Assembly: GCA_032128375.1 (NCBI GenBank)
Contig: JAQBGU010000128.1
Location: 1 to 49,524, forward strand
Reading direction: 5' to 3'
DNA: 49,524 bases
Origin: Deltaproteobacteria bacterium
GTDB taxonomy: Bacteria > Myxococcota_A > UBA9160 > SMWR01
The notes under the pieces are model-generated. The model made no database searches and was not told where the DNA came from. It was given only the letters and a program-made list of their open reading frames with translations. The position numbers and the translations under genes are program-made. Shown here piece after piece: positions 21,241-28,917 of this stretch (the stretch's first letter is position 1; every line of letters begins with the position of its first letter).

Positions 21241-22490
21241 TGCTCGAACGACTACTCAGCGACGTCAGCAAAGAAGTGGGTCGAATCCTCGACAAGGCGC
21301 TCGACAAGCGAGAGCTGACGCCGGCCGAAGCGGTCGACCTGCTGGCTGTCACGGGTTCCGACTTGTTCGCGCTGATTCGCGCCGCAGATCTGGCCCGTAT
21401 CGAGGACAACGGCGACGACGTGTCTTACGTCGTGACGCGCAACATCAACTTTACCAACGTCTGCTACGTCGGGTGTACGTTCTGCGGCTTCTCGCGTCAC
21501 AAGGACGAAGCCGATGCCTACGATCACCCAATCGAGATCATGATCGAAAAGGCGCGCGATGGGATTGCCCGCGGGGCGACCGAGGTGTGCATCCAGGGAG
21601 GAATCCATCCCAACAAGGATCACCACCACTACCGGGAAATCTTGATCGCGCTCAAGAGCGAATTCCCGAAGCTCCACGTGCACGCCTTTTCGCCCGAAGA
21701 AATGGACTTCGGTCACCGCAAGAGTGGTATGAAACTCACCGAATATCTGTTGTGGCTGATGGAAGCTGGGCTCGGAACCATGCCTGGTACCGCGGCAGAA
21801 ATTCTCGACGACGAAGTGCGAAACATCGTGTCGCCTCGAAAACTCAAGACTGCGCGCTGGGTAGAGATCGTTCGTGCCGCTCACTCGGTCGGGTTGCGCT
21901 CGTCATCGACGCTCATGTACGGCCACGTAGAAACCGTCGAGCATGTCGCCAACCATCTCAACCTGTTGCGCGACCTGCAGAAGGAGACAGGTGGCTTCAC
22001 TGAGTTCGTTCCCCTCGGATTCATCCACGAGAGAAACATCTTGTTCAATCATCTCGAGTCGCGGCCAGGCGCTTCGATGCCCGAAGATCTGCGAATCATC
22101 GCAGTCTCCCGGCTGTTCCTGCGCCCGTGGATCACGAACATTCAGATGTCGTGGGTAAAGATGGGGCCGAAGCTCGCACAAATGGCACTGTTGAGTGGAG
22201 CCAACGATTTCGGCGGTACGCTGATGGAAGAGTCGATCAGCCGCGAGTCGGGATCGCATTTCGGGGAGAACCTCCCGCAAGAGGAGATCCGACAACTGAT
22301 TCGCGACCTCGGCCGCACGCCCGTCGAGCGCAGCACGAAGTACGACGTGCTGCGCCGCTTCGACGATCCTGCACAGGATCCGCCGTCGCTCGAGCCGAAG
22401 AGCGATCAGCAGCTATCTGGCCCAGCACGCTGGCGAGAACAGGAGCAGCGCGAACAGAAGCAGCGCGATCCCCTGGCCGTGGTGAGCTGA
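21240..22490 (+). CDS. cofH: FO synthase subunit CofH (radical SAM)
   Basis: GTG overlaps the cofG stop; RNINFTNVCYVGCTFC, TEVCIQGG.HP, MPGTAAEILDD, FTEFVPL, SWVKMG, NDFGGTLMEESIS. Confidence 0.92.
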   Translation: MLERLLSDVSKEVGRILDKALDKRELTPAEAVDLLAVTGSDLFALIRAADLARIEDNGDDVSYVVTRNINFTNVCYVGCTFCGFSRHKDEADAYDHPIEIMIEKARDGIARGATEVCIQGGIHPNKDHHHYREILIALKSEFPKLHVHAFSPEEMDFGHRKSGMKLTEYLLWLMEAGLGTMPGTAAEILDDEVRNIVSPRKLKTARWVEIVRAAHSVGLRSSSTLMYGHVETVEHVANHLNLLRDLQKETGGFTEFVPLGFIHERNILFNHLESRPGASMPEDLRIIAVSRLFLRPWITNIQMSWVKMGPKLAQMALLSGANDFGGTLMEESISRESGSHFGENLPQEEIRQLIRDLGRTPVERSTKYDVLRRFDDPAQDPPSLEPKSDQQLSGPARWREQEQREQKQRDPLAVVS

Positions 22491-22563
22491 ACTCGGCTGG
22501 GCGAGCAGTACACTGAGTCTTGTGAACTAAATCACCAGACGCGGGCGGCGACCAGCCAGAAGC

Positions 22564-23967
22564 TCAGCGCGCTGCGTTTCGCTCCAATTCGTCCAGCCGC
22601 GACGAGATCGCTTCCACTTTGTAGCGAAATGGCGCGCTCTCGAGGATTCTCTTCTCGACCACTCTCTCCGCGTTGGCCACCGACGGATGATTGCGTCCGA
22701 ATGCGCGCGCGATCTGTGAGGCGGGCAGATTGGTATAGCGGCGGCATAGATACATCGCGATCTGTCGCGGCACGACGACGTCTCGCTTCCGCGAGCGCGT
22801 CGCGAGCATCGGGACCGAGGTTCGATAGAAGGTCGCGACTGCATCGATGATGAGGTTGATCTCCAGGCGCCGGGGTGGTGCCAGCGTCGACGAGATTTTT
22901 TGCAGTGCGTTCTCCGTGAGTTCCAGGTCGATTGGTCGCTTCAACAACGACGAAGTCGTGACGAGTTGTACCAGCGCACCCTCGAGGTCGCGCACGCTGC
23001 CTCGGACGACGTCGACCAGAAGATCGAGACAATCCTCGGGCAGACGCACTCCGCCGCCAGCCGCTTTCACGCGCAGGATTTCGCGTCGAACCAGTGCGTC
23101 CGGCGGTTCCAATGCGGCGACCAGCCCAGCGGCCATGCGCGAACAGAGACGTTCTTCGAGTGCCTGGATCTCGCGGGGCAGCCGATCGGCAGTGAAAACG
23201 ACTCGCGCGCCGACATCGATCAGGTGGTTGAGAGTGTGGAACAACTCGAGCTGTGTTCCGACCTTCTTGGAAAGGAACTGAACGTCTTCGATGACCAGCA
23301 GGTCGCATCCCTGTCGGTAACGCCGTTTGAACTGATCCATTTCGCGAGATCGAATCGCGCTGGTGAAATGATTGGTAAAGGTCTCGGCCGAATGATAGAT
23401 CACTCGACCGCCGCGGTTGTTGCGTGCGTCGGCGATCGCGCGCGCCAGATGTGTCTTACCGAGCCCCGGATCCGAGGCGAGGTACAGCGGGTTGACCGGC
23501 TGCTGCCTCCCCTCGGCCACGGCAAACGACGCCTCACGTGCGAGTCGATTGCACGCTCCGACCACGAAGTTGTCGAAGGTATGTTGAAGCGCAGTCTGGT
23601 GCGGTACGCCGAGTGATTCCGACCGTCGACTTGCACGTCGCGACGCCGACCTGGACGCGGATGGGGGTGCGTCGTCTGTACGACGAGGCGCCTCGCGCGC
23701 AGCAGAAGGCGCCGCCACCGCATCGGGCGTTGCGAGCTCGAACTCAATCGCTACCGGGTATCCGGCTTCGATTTCAGCAAATTCATGAATTCGGGATAGA
23801 AAACGTTCACTGACCCGTTCGCGGTGGAGGACCGACGGGCACAACAAGCACATTCCTGTACCGCGGGTCTCGGCGATGAGGGGCAGCACCCACGCCTCTA
23901 GGACGAAGGAAGGCACCTCATCCCCAAGACGACGTAGTACGCCATCCCAGAACACGGGGGGGGGCAT
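22564..23967 (-). CDS. dnaA: DnaA-family replication initiator homolog (divergent, probable paralog)
   Basis: Domain I W...L/F..W, TFDNFVVG..N, NPLYL..GLGKTHL, IEDVQFL, TQ.ELFHT.N, RL.SR, VRDLEGAL, domain IV PRQIAMYL; no dnaN downstream. Confidence 0.85.
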   Translation of the reverse strand: MPPPVFWDGVLRRLGDEVPSFVLEAWVLPLIAETRGTGMCLLCPSVLHRERVSERFLSRIHEFAEIEAGYPVAIEFELATPDAVAAPSAAREAPRRTDDAPPSASRSASRRASRRSESLGVPHQTALQHTFDNFVVGACNRLAREASFAVAEGRQQPVNPLYLASDPGLGKTHLARAIADARNNRGGRVIYHSAETFTNHFTSAIRSREMDQFKRRYRQGCDLLVIEDVQFLSKKVGTQLELFHTLNHLIDVGARVVFTADRLPREIQALEERLCSRMAAGLVAALEPPDALVRREILRVKAAGGGVRLPEDCLDLLVDVVRGSVRDLEGALVQLVTTSSLLKRPIDLELTENALQKISSTLAPPRRLEINLIIDAVATFYRTSVPMLATRSRKRDVVVPRQIAMYLCRRYTNLPASQIARAFGRNHPSVANAERVVEKRILESAPFRYKVEAISSRLDELERNAAR

Positions 23968-24326
23968 GTTCCTACCGATTTGTTCTCGAATATGTATTGA
24001 TTACGCCGAAATCCCCAAGATTTTCTGCGGCGTGGGGACGATTAATACTGGTTTTCTGGCGAGCCGCAACGATGTCAAGGATCGATCACAGGTACGACAT
24101 ATACACAGATCCAGTTCGGTTCGAGAGATCCGCCTGCCGTCGGAAAACCGCTGTTTGCAACTGAGATCACGATTCGATTCCGGGCACTTCGCGGCGGCTC
24201 CTCACCCGCGTTCACGCGCTGTGGACGTGTGTATTCGGGCGCATGTTGCAAAAGCGGAATCGTCGTTTTTCGAGGTATTCCGGAGAATTTCGTGACCGTT
24301 GGCGATTTTTCAGGGACCTGCGCCAT

Positions 24327-24986
24327 TCAGTGCAGCGGACCCGAATTCGGCGTTCTGCCGGCTTGGAGTTCTAGCAATGTGAACGCGAAAAGATCCGAAA
24401 GGCGCTCGAGTCGAGTGCGAACACTGTCTGCTTCGAGTAGCCCCTGCTTTTCGCTCGCTGCAAAGTTGTATCCGTTCGCTAGGCAATGAGTGAATGTCTC
24501 GTCGTCGAGAGTATCGAAGGCGTCAGGTGGCACGCCCTCGCTCCTACCCATCAGGCGCGCGACCTGGTCAACCTGTTCTGTGACTCGAACGCGCAGCGTG
24601 GAGAGGTCTGTCGCTTCCGGTTCATCGATGAGTTCGACAAGGGCGACGCGGTAGAGACGGTCGCTGCTTCGAGGTTGTTCGTCGACGAGGCGAAAGCGGC
24701 GGGTGCCTTCGATAACGATGTTGTAGCGCCCGTCCGGAAGCCGTTGCGCATCGCGGATGATTCCAGCGCAGCCGATTGCGTAGACGGCAGGGTCGCCCGC
24801 CATCTCTTCGATGCAATCGGGCAACACCGTGACCATGCCGATTTGATTGTCGCTGCGCAGCGCTTGCTCTGCCATTTGTCGGTAGCGCGGTTCGAAGATG
24901 TGAAGAGGAACTCGCAGCTTTGGGAACAGCACCACGGTCGGCAGTGGGAAGATGGGTAGGCGCTTCGAATCATCCGTCACGTTCAT
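24327..24986 (-). CDS. Stand-alone Lon peptidase substrate-binding (LON N) domain protein
   Basis: LPIFPL.VVLFP...PLHIFEPRYRQM, IGC.G.I, LPDGRYNI..EG..RF, EKQ.LLE...RL; no AAA+ or protease domain. Confidence 0.88.
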   Translation of the reverse strand: MNVTDDSKRLPIFPLPTVVLFPKLRVPLHIFEPRYRQMAEQALRSDNQIGMVTVLPDCIEEMAGDPAVYAIGCAGIIRDAQRLPDGRYNIVIEGTRRFRLVDEQPRSSDRLYRVALVELIDEPEATDLSTLRVRVTEQVDQVARLMGRSEGVPPDAFDTLDDETFTHCLANGYNFAASEKQGLLEADSVRTRLERLSDLFAFTLLELQAGRTPNSGPLH

Positions 24987-25093
24987 GACGCTTCGAAACA
25001 CTCGGTCAACGAGCGACGCGCGAAAAGCATCGCACCGGCGCAGGGAAGAGTCTTGACGGACACGGCGAGCGCGGGAAAGCTTCGAATCAGAAG

Positions 25094-25510
25094 ATGGACC
25101 GAGCGACAATCCAGAGTTTGATGGCGCGTCTCAACCGAGACGCGGAACATATCGCTTGGCGCTTCGGACTCGAGTACAAGGCGATCGAGGCTGAGCGCGC
25201 GAACGTCAAGAGTCGTTACGGCGTTTGCTACGAAGACGGACTCATCAAGATCCGACTCCGACACGCAGTGACCGGGAAGCCGCTGCGCTACTCGAGTCTG
25301 GTCAGCACACTGTGTCACGAACTCGCACACCTGCGTCACTTCAATCACGGCCAGCGCTTTCGCGCGTTCAACCTCGAACTTCTCGAATTCGCGCGTGCCG
25401 AAGGCGTGTATCGCCCTCGCAGCGCAAACGCCAAGCCGCCCCGTCGTCGAGCGAACCCCCCGACGGGACCGCTAAACCCCGCGGGACCAGTGCAACTCTC
25501 ATTGTTCTGA
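25094..25510 (+). CDS. Small HExxH zinc metalloprotease (WLM/Wss1- or YgjP/DUF45-like) with C-terminal QLSLF motif
   Basis: KSRYGVC...IKIRLR...SLVSTLCHELAHLRHFNH.QRF; basic Pro-rich tail ending PVQLSLF-stop. Confidence 0.8.
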   Translation: MDRATIQSLMARLNRDAEHIAWRFGLEYKAIEAERANVKSRYGVCYEDGLIKIRLRHAVTGKPLRYSSLVSTLCHELAHLRHFNHGQRFRAFNLELLEFARAEGVYRPRSANAKPPRRRANPPTGPLNPAGPVQLSLF

Positions 25511-25626
25511 TGGCTATCTCGTGGGCAGTTCAGGTTCGGGTAAAGCCGGGCCAGAATTACCGAAGGATCTGAGATTGGTGTCCGAGATCGAGATACGCGG
25601 GGGTTGGAGAGCGGGGAAACCTGGTC

Positions 25627-25827
25627 CTAGGTGCCTAGCTGGTCGAACGCCTCGAGGGTGTTTGGGCCCTCATCCACGCGGACGCTAATGTCGTCGCAGG
25701 CGATCGACTTGTCCATGATCTCCTTGAGCAAGCCTTCGACTGTCAGCTCATCGTACTCCGCCAAGGCGTCTTCCAGGCTCGAATCGGACACTCTGAAGTT
25801 CATTGTTATCTTGATCTTGACGTCCAT
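25627..25827 (-). CDS. Small acidic hypothetical protein (66 aa)
   Basis: MDVKIKITMNFRV...; typical high-GC3 codon usage, purine-rich SD region upstream. Confidence 0.7.
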   Translation of the reverse strand: MDVKIKITMNFRVSDSSLEDALAEYDELTVEGLLKEIMDKSIACDDISVRVDEGPNTLEAFDQLGT

Positions 25828-25938
25828 CGTCCCCGTGTCCTCTGTGCTCTCCAGCGCTTTTGGAAGGCTTCGATCAGGATTGCCTAGGGCTGCTTCTGAT
25901 CGGGCGACAGTCCTTGTTTCCTTCATTCTTTCTTTTTT

Positions 25939-25970
25939 CTTTCAAATCTTTCAAATGCTTCAAATCTTTC
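25939..25970. repeat. 9-bp tandem repeat (CTTTCAAAT, about 3.5 copies) within a pyrimidine-rich tract
   Basis: ctttcaaat ctttcaaat gcttcaaat ctttc. Confidence 0.85.
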
Positions 25971-26061
25971 TTCCGTTGCCTGTGCGCCTTTGCGCAAGAA
26001 CCCAATAATCCCCGATCGCGCGTCTGTAGCGGATGCTCCAGACGTCCTCGGATAGTGCTCT

Positions 26062-26095
26062 AAGTTGCTGAATTTAAAGAAGAATTTAGCAATTT
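26062..26095. repeat. AT-rich imperfect inverted repeat, 13-8-13 geometry
   Basis: aagttgctgaatt-taaagaag-aatttagcaattt (11 of 13 positions complementary). Confidence 0.7.
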
Positions 26096-26154
26096 GGCGA
26101 GAGGATACAACAGCGCTTTGCAATCGGCTACGAAAACTTGCCACCGCTCGGCAT

Positions 26155-26694
26155 TCAAATCGTCGATTTCCCGATGATCGCGGGGTTTGACCTTAGCGCG
26201 AACGAGCGCGCGTCAGCGCGGGCATGGAGTCCGATCAAGCCCGTAACGGAAACGCCCACGGCGATGAAGATCCCCAACGAAACCTTGTGTAAGAACGCGA
26301 ATCGAGTAGCGATTTCCGTATTGCCCTCGGGGCTGAAAACCAGAAGTCGGATCTCAGCCAACTCGGCCGAGACGCCGAAATGGGAATAGCAGCAGAGCAA
26401 ACTCAGCAACAGCGGTAAAAGCGCGAGCCAGCGGTGACGACCGAGAAGATGCGAGAGAAGGGCGACGAGAATTCCGGCCGCCGCCCCGAAAAGGTGAAGT
26501 TTCGTGAGCACAGGACTGACCAATGTTCCAGCCATCTGCGATGTGGGCAGAACCGAAAAGGCTGTCGGAGCGATAACTGCCCCAAACAAGAAATACGAAC
26601 CGAACCAACCGCCGAGAAGGAGCCACAGCGCCGTACGAACGATTGGACGCCCGTGATTTTTGCCAGATGCCGCCGGGGACTGAGATTGAGGCAT
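26155..26694 (-). CDS. DUF4149-like membrane protein
   Basis: Four TM helices, G.W.G..F....AP.AF..L....AG, F..LH..S; start 26694 or 26736. Confidence 0.75.
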   Translation of the reverse strand: MPQSQSPAASGKNHGRPIVRTALWLLLGGWFGSYFLFGAVIAPTAFSVLPTSQMAGTLVSPVLTKLHLFGAAAGILVALLSHLLGRHRWLALLPLLLSLLCCYSHFGVSAELAEIRLLVFSPEGNTEIATRFAFLHKVSLGIFIAVGVSVTGLIGLHARADARSFALRSNPAIIGKSTI

Positions 26695-26780
26695 GTACGG
26701 AATCTTCCGCGAGCCCCCTTGCTGTGTAAAGGCCACCGAGTCGAGCCGGAATTTGTCGGTCTGAACGACTGGGCATCGAA

Positions 26781-27671
26781 ATGAGCTTACGCGCCCGGCT
26801 GACCAAAGCGCTCTCGCGGTATCTGGCGGAACCGCTCTCCTACTACGAGCTGCGCTGCCGTAACGACATCAATTTGTTGAAGGCAGCCGTACGCAAGGGC
26901 GATGTACTGCTCGTCGAGGGCGATCAGCGCGTTTCGGCCGTGATCAAGTATCTGACCCAGAGTTCGTGGTCTCACGCCGTGCTCTACATCGGCGACGAGC
27001 TGTTGCGCAGAGACGAGGCGACCAGGCGCCGCACCCTCGAGCAGTTTGGCGACCGGGCTGGCCATTTGATCGTAGAAGCGCTCACCGAGGGGGTCGTCGT
27101 CTCGCCACTGGCCAAATACATCGATTTCAACATCCGAATCTGCCGACCGCATCGGCTTCGAGGAGAGCACCTGAGGATCATCTTGAGTGATGCGATCGAC
27201 TCGATCGGACTTCGCTACGACGTGCGAAACATCCTGGATCTCGCCGTGCACCTGATCGTGGTATCAGTCCTGCCCGGACGCCATCGCGAGGAGGTGCTGC
27301 GCTTTGGGAGCGGTCGATCCGGCCAGGTGATCTGTACGAGCCTGCTCGGCCGACTGTTTCAACGGGTCGGCTTCCCGGTGCTGCCGTCAGTGACTTATTC
27401 CGGGGATGAGTCGCTTGCTGAGCCAGCCGAACGACGCACCCTGTGGTCGCTGATCGCTCGAAAACCCCGGCAGTCCTATACCGGTCTATATCGCCGCCGG
27501 CACTCGACCGTCCTGACACCGCGAGATTTCGATCTGTCGCCGTTCTTTCAGGTCGTGAAGTTCAATGTGATGCCGCAGCGCAGCTTCGACTACAGCCGGA
27601 TCGAGTGGGCCAGCGCTCAAGATCGAGAGGATCTGGATCGCGAACAGCCCAAGGAAGAAACGGCCGACTAG
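26781..27671 (+). CDS. Permuted papain-like NlpC/P60 amidase (YiiX/YebB-like)
   Basis: GDVLLVEG, QSSWSHA.LY (His), G.RYD, ICTSL (Cys), LTPRDFDLSPFF. Confidence 0.82.
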   Translation: MSLRARLTKALSRYLAEPLSYYELRCRNDINLLKAAVRKGDVLLVEGDQRVSAVIKYLTQSSWSHAVLYIGDELLRRDEATRRRTLEQFGDRAGHLIVEALTEGVVVSPLAKYIDFNIRICRPHRLRGEHLRIILSDAIDSIGLRYDVRNILDLAVHLIVVSVLPGRHREEVLRFGSGRSGQVICTSLLGRLFQRVGFPVLPSVTYSGDESLAEPAERRTLWSLIARKPRQSYTGLYRRRHSTVLTPRDFDLSPFFQVVKFNVMPQRSFDYSRIEWASAQDREDLDREQPKEETAD

Positions 27672-27680
27672 AGGCGGTGC

Positions 27681-28691
27681 TCAGAAGGCCAAATCGGGGG
27701 GCGACTCGATCAGGCGAGTTCCGAACGCAATTACCCGACGCGCGCATTCGTCGCGCTCGGCGCCAAATGCCCGCGCCGCTCCCAGCATCCGACGCAACAT
27801 TTCGATTCCTGCGTAGCGCGCAACATCGCGAAACAGAGGCGATTTTGTTTTTGTGAACCCGTTCGCATAGGCGTCCCAGACGCACGAAATATCGACGCGC
27901 GACTTCCTTGCGATCGATGCCAAGCGCAAGTGTGCGAGCAATATGCCGATGTCGAATGCCGGGTCACCAATGTGCGCGATCTCGGCATCGAGCAACTTGG
28001 GCGCGCCAGCTTTGATCAAAATATTGCTGGGTTGAACATCTGCGTGGACCAACGCGCCTCTCGGATCGAGGTAGCGTCGGTAGGCAGCATCGATGATTGA
28101 GACCAGGTTCGCATTGTCGCGGATCGACGCGGCGATTTCAGCAATCGCGGGCGACAGTGGGAAGTCGTTGTCTCGGTACGGAAGGAAAAAGATGTGGTCA
28201 CCGTGAAGTCGCTGCATCGCGTGATTCTGGAACGAACCCGCCAGGTCGCCAGCGGAGGTTCCGTCGTGAACTCGCCCGAGGAACCCAGCGAGCTTGGCGG
28301 CTGCCTCAGTGACGTTCCGGTTCAGCCCGAGCAGGTCATCCATTCGATGGCTGTCAGACAGGTCCTCCAGCACCAGCACAGAGTTCTCGACATCGAAGTG
28401 CTCGATTCGGGGGCAGATCGGCCCGTCGTCGAAATTCGATACCAGTCCGAAATAGCGTGCTTCGAACTCGATCCGCTCGGTGGGCGCAGTGTACTCGGGA
28501 AAAGCTTCGAGAGCCGAGCGGGCCTGCTTCACGATCCAACTGTGGCCGAACTCCAACGCAACCGCTCGCCGCACCCAGTTGATGTTGCCATCGCCCGCCG
28601 GCAGTACTTCGACCACGGAGGCGTGGGAAACGAGCCCCAAACTTCTCAAATAATCGGGCAAGTTCCGCTCATCGAGCCGCAACTGGCTCAT
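27681..28691 (-). CDS. Phosphotransferase, 5-methylthioribose kinase (MtnK)-like
   Basis: GDGNINWV, IVKQA, R..FEA, HADVQPSN, D.E.A..GD..FDIG, YAGIEMLRR. Confidence 0.75.
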   Translation of the reverse strand: MSQLRLDERNLPDYLRSLGLVSHASVVEVLPAGDGNINWVRRAVALEFGHSWIVKQARSALEAFPEYTAPTERIEFEARYFGLVSNFDDGPICPRIEHFDVENSVLVLEDLSDSHRMDDLLGLNRNVTEAAAKLAGFLGRVHDGTSAGDLAGSFQNHAMQRLHGDHIFFLPYRDNDFPLSPAIAEIAASIRDNANLVSIIDAAYRRYLDPRGALVHADVQPSNILIKAGAPKLLDAEIAHIGDPAFDIGILLAHLRLASIARKSRVDISCVWDAYANGFTKTKSPLFRDVARYAGIEMLRRMLGAARAFGAERDECARRVIAFGTRLIESPPDLAF

Positions 28692-28816
28692 CAGAAGTGC
28701 GCAGCAGGCAGGAAGAAAAGTCTCTCTACCCGGCAATTAGTGCTCAAGAATCCGCACCTCGAGCCGTTACGGGGGGAGTCCCGGTCAAACCAGGGGGGGG
28801 TGAGGCTGCGGACTTT

Positions 28817-28856
28817 GACGCCCCGGAACCGCAAGGTTCCGGGGCGTCTACTTCTT
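28817..28856 (+). terminator. Perfect 14-bp hairpin with GCAA tetraloop followed by a T-rich tail
   Basis: gacgccccggaacc-gcaa-ggttccggggcgtc-tacttctt. Confidence 0.6.
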
Positions 28857-28917
28857 GCATGGCTCACTGGCCGCGGCGGTTGCCCGAACGAGCGGCGACC
28901 GCGCCGGCCCCGTCCGC

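Noticed and set aside
21039..22490. MqnC/MqnE menaquinone radical SAM assignment for the second radical SAM gene
   Set aside because: Direct coupling to cofG and the FTEFVPL/SWVKMG/GGTLMEESIS motifs favour CofH.
23968..24326. Chromosomal oriC next to dnaA
   Set aside because: No perfect DnaA boxes, no clear AT-rich unwinding element and no dnaN/rpmH context; kept only as a possible regulatory region.
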